Assembly: GCA_030390025.1 (NCBI GenBank)
Contig: CM059435.1
Span: 81,468,001-81,532,000 of the forward strand
Source of the DNA: Squalus acanthias
Taxonomy: Eukaryota
DNA: 64,000 nucleotides
Reading direction: 5' to 3'
How positions within the stretch are numbered: the stretch's first letter is position 1; each line of letters opens with the position of its first letter. The notes below the pieces were generated by a model. The model was given only the letters and a program-made list of their open reading frames with translations, ran no database searches and had not been told where the DNA came from. This document shows positions 61,895 through 64,000 of this stretch, piece by piece. A program made the translations under genes and the position numbers.

Positions 61895-63125
61895 TGGCAA
61901 CCCTATCAATACCTCTCCAGTCGTTGATTTGCTCAACCACTTCTTCATCTCCACCTTTGATGCCCTTGTACCTTCACCAACTCCCAGCCCAGTCATTTCG
62001 GTACAGGCTCCAGCTTTGCTCTCTCAAGTGCAAGAGGCACAGGCTTGGGCGTTTCTAGTGCACAACTTTCTTAGCCATTCATCACCAAATCTGGTAGGAC
62101 CACATCAAGCTCTATTGGGCCTCCCTCTCCTCTGCCAAAACCACTCACTGCTCCAGGATCATCCTGGAGAGCTAAGGTAACCCATGATTTCTCCATTACC
62201 AACCCTCTCTTTCAACTCCTCACTTCTAACAAGTGTGAGGAGCTCATGGACTTATTTATCACCAAGATAGAGATCATCTATTCAGCTGCTTCCCTCCCTT
62301 TTCTCTTTCCCACCAAGCCCTGTCAGTGAATTGCTGTCTCTCCCTTGTTTCGCTCCCATTTTCACCCATTTTGTCCATGAGACTCACTCTTGCCCCCTGA
62401 CCCCATTTCCACAAAACTGCTGACCACCCAACTTCCCTTCCTGGTCCCCATGCTAGCTGACATTCTAAATGGTCCCCTGTCCTCAGGCTCTGCACCCTCA
62501 CTTTGAAAACCACCATTATCAACACCTTCTTCAAAAAGGCCATCTGTGACCCTTCCATCCTTGCAAACTACTGCCCCATTTCCAACATCCCCCTCCCTTG
62601 CAAAATTCTTGACCATTTTGTTGCTTCCCAAATCCGTAGCCATTTCTCCCACAATTCTGTTTGAATCTCTCCAATTAGGTTGCTGCCCCTCCCACAGCAC
62701 CGAAATGGCCCTAACTAATGTCGTGAACAGCATTCTCTGTGACCGTGACCATGGTGCATTATTCCTCCTCCATGCCCTTGTGCTCTCTGCAGCCTTTGAC
62801 ACAGTTGACTACACCATCCTCCTCCAATTCCTCTACTTCGTAGTCCATCTCAGTGGGACTGCTCTCACTTGTTCCATTCTTACCTATAGTCAGAGCCTCT
62901 CCAGAAATGGCTTCTTTACCCACCCATACACCGTTACCTCCAAAGTCCCCCAAGGATTTATCTTTGCCGCCCCCCCTCCTCTTTTTCATCTACATTTTGC
63001 CCCTTGACAAAATCATCCACAAACATGGGGTCAGCTTCCACATGTAAGCTGATGAGACCCAGCTCTACCTCTCCACTGCCTGTCTCAACCCTTCCAGAGC
63101 TTCTGTGCTATCAAACTTCTTGTCC
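61895..63125 (+). mobile_element. L2 ORF2 fragment (decayed)
   Basis: FESLQLGCCPSHSTEMAL...LSAAFDTVDY...VPQG...FHM*ADETQLY. Confidence 0.9.
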
Positions 63126-63127
63126 AT

Positions 63128-64000
63128 CATCCTAGGAGTGTCTTAGTAAATATTCTCTGTACCCTCTCTATGACATCCTTTCTAAAACAGGACACAATGG
63201 ATGGGGTTTTCCACTTCTTTACTTCTGACACACACCAGCACTGAATAGCGGGAAATCCCATACCCCAGCCCATGATTTTTTTCCAATCAAAATAGTTAGA
63301 AAATAATGGGCTGGGGATGCAGAATTTGTTGATATATTCTCTCGGCACATGCCAGGAGCAATGAAGTTGAAAGGCCTAGCCAGCATTCTAACTGCAGCCT
63401 AACTAATAATTTGTACGGCTTACCATTACCTCTTTGTTTTTGTACTTTGTGCTCCTATTTATAAATCCTAGCATTTGATATGCTTTTCTACAATTTTATC
63501 AACTTGTCCTCCCACTTCTAATGATTTATGTATCCTATCCTCTGTCTCTCTTTCCTTCCATTCCTGTCAAAGTTTTACCATTTAGCATATTTGTCCTCGC
63601 CCTATTCTTCCATCCAAAAATGTATTATTTCACATTTCTCCACATTAAATTTCATCTGACATCTATCTGCCCAATCTACTAACCTGTCTTTCTTCCTGAA
63701 ATTGCTTGCAGCCCTCTTCACAGTTGACTTGCATTATCTACCAATTTTGATATTGTTCCCCTGAAAAAAGCAATGGTCCTCACACTTAACTCTGGGAGAT
63801 AACACTGTATTCATCCTCCAGTCCAAAAAAATCCATTAAATACTACTCCCTATTTTCTGTCCTTTAGCCAATTTCCTACAAATGCTGCTACATTCCCTTT
63901 AATACCATGTACCTTAATTTTTTTAGCAAGTCTCCTATGTGGCACCTTGTCAAATGACTTTGAAAATCCTTATTCAGCATCTGCTATATTTCCTTTATCA
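63128..64000 (-). mobile_element. Old CR1 RT fragments
   Basis: Antisense IERVQRIFT, MKFNVEKCEI and DFQSHLTRCH-like motifs; runs off the window end. Confidence 0.78.

Overview
Repeat-rich vertebrate genomic DNA, most likely from a cartilaginous fish (shark): it carries an HE1-like V-SINE with a CR1 tail, Deu-domain SINEs and abundant CR1 and L2 LINEs. No intact host protein-coding gene is visible. The recognisable long ORFs are fragments of CR1, L2, RTE, Penelope, Gypsy, pogo/Tigger or PIF/Harbinger elements. Host-gene signals are indirect. There is a possible terminal exon and long 3'UTR at ~3.3-7.0 kb. A ~10 kb CpG-retaining, TE-poor domain (12.1-22.3 kb) holds a GC-box/NRF1 promoter at ~17.8 kb and a probable first coding exon ending ATG CAG|GTGAGT at 19119-19124. 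No further exon is recognisable in the remaining 45 kb, which looks like one giant intron. The most interesting signal is four minimal type I hammerhead-ribozyme motifs in two Penelope-like families. Two of them are tiny (84-100 bp) TSD-flanked insertions that begin right at the ribozyme core. Also notable are a 1137-bp antisense solo LTR with a 4-bp TSD, a tandem array of tRNA-like SINE heads, a twin-priming-like LINE inversion, a duplicated Sox-POU composite motif and deeply nested transposon stacks. All family calls come from motif recognition by eye; no database search was run, and boundaries of old elements are approximate.
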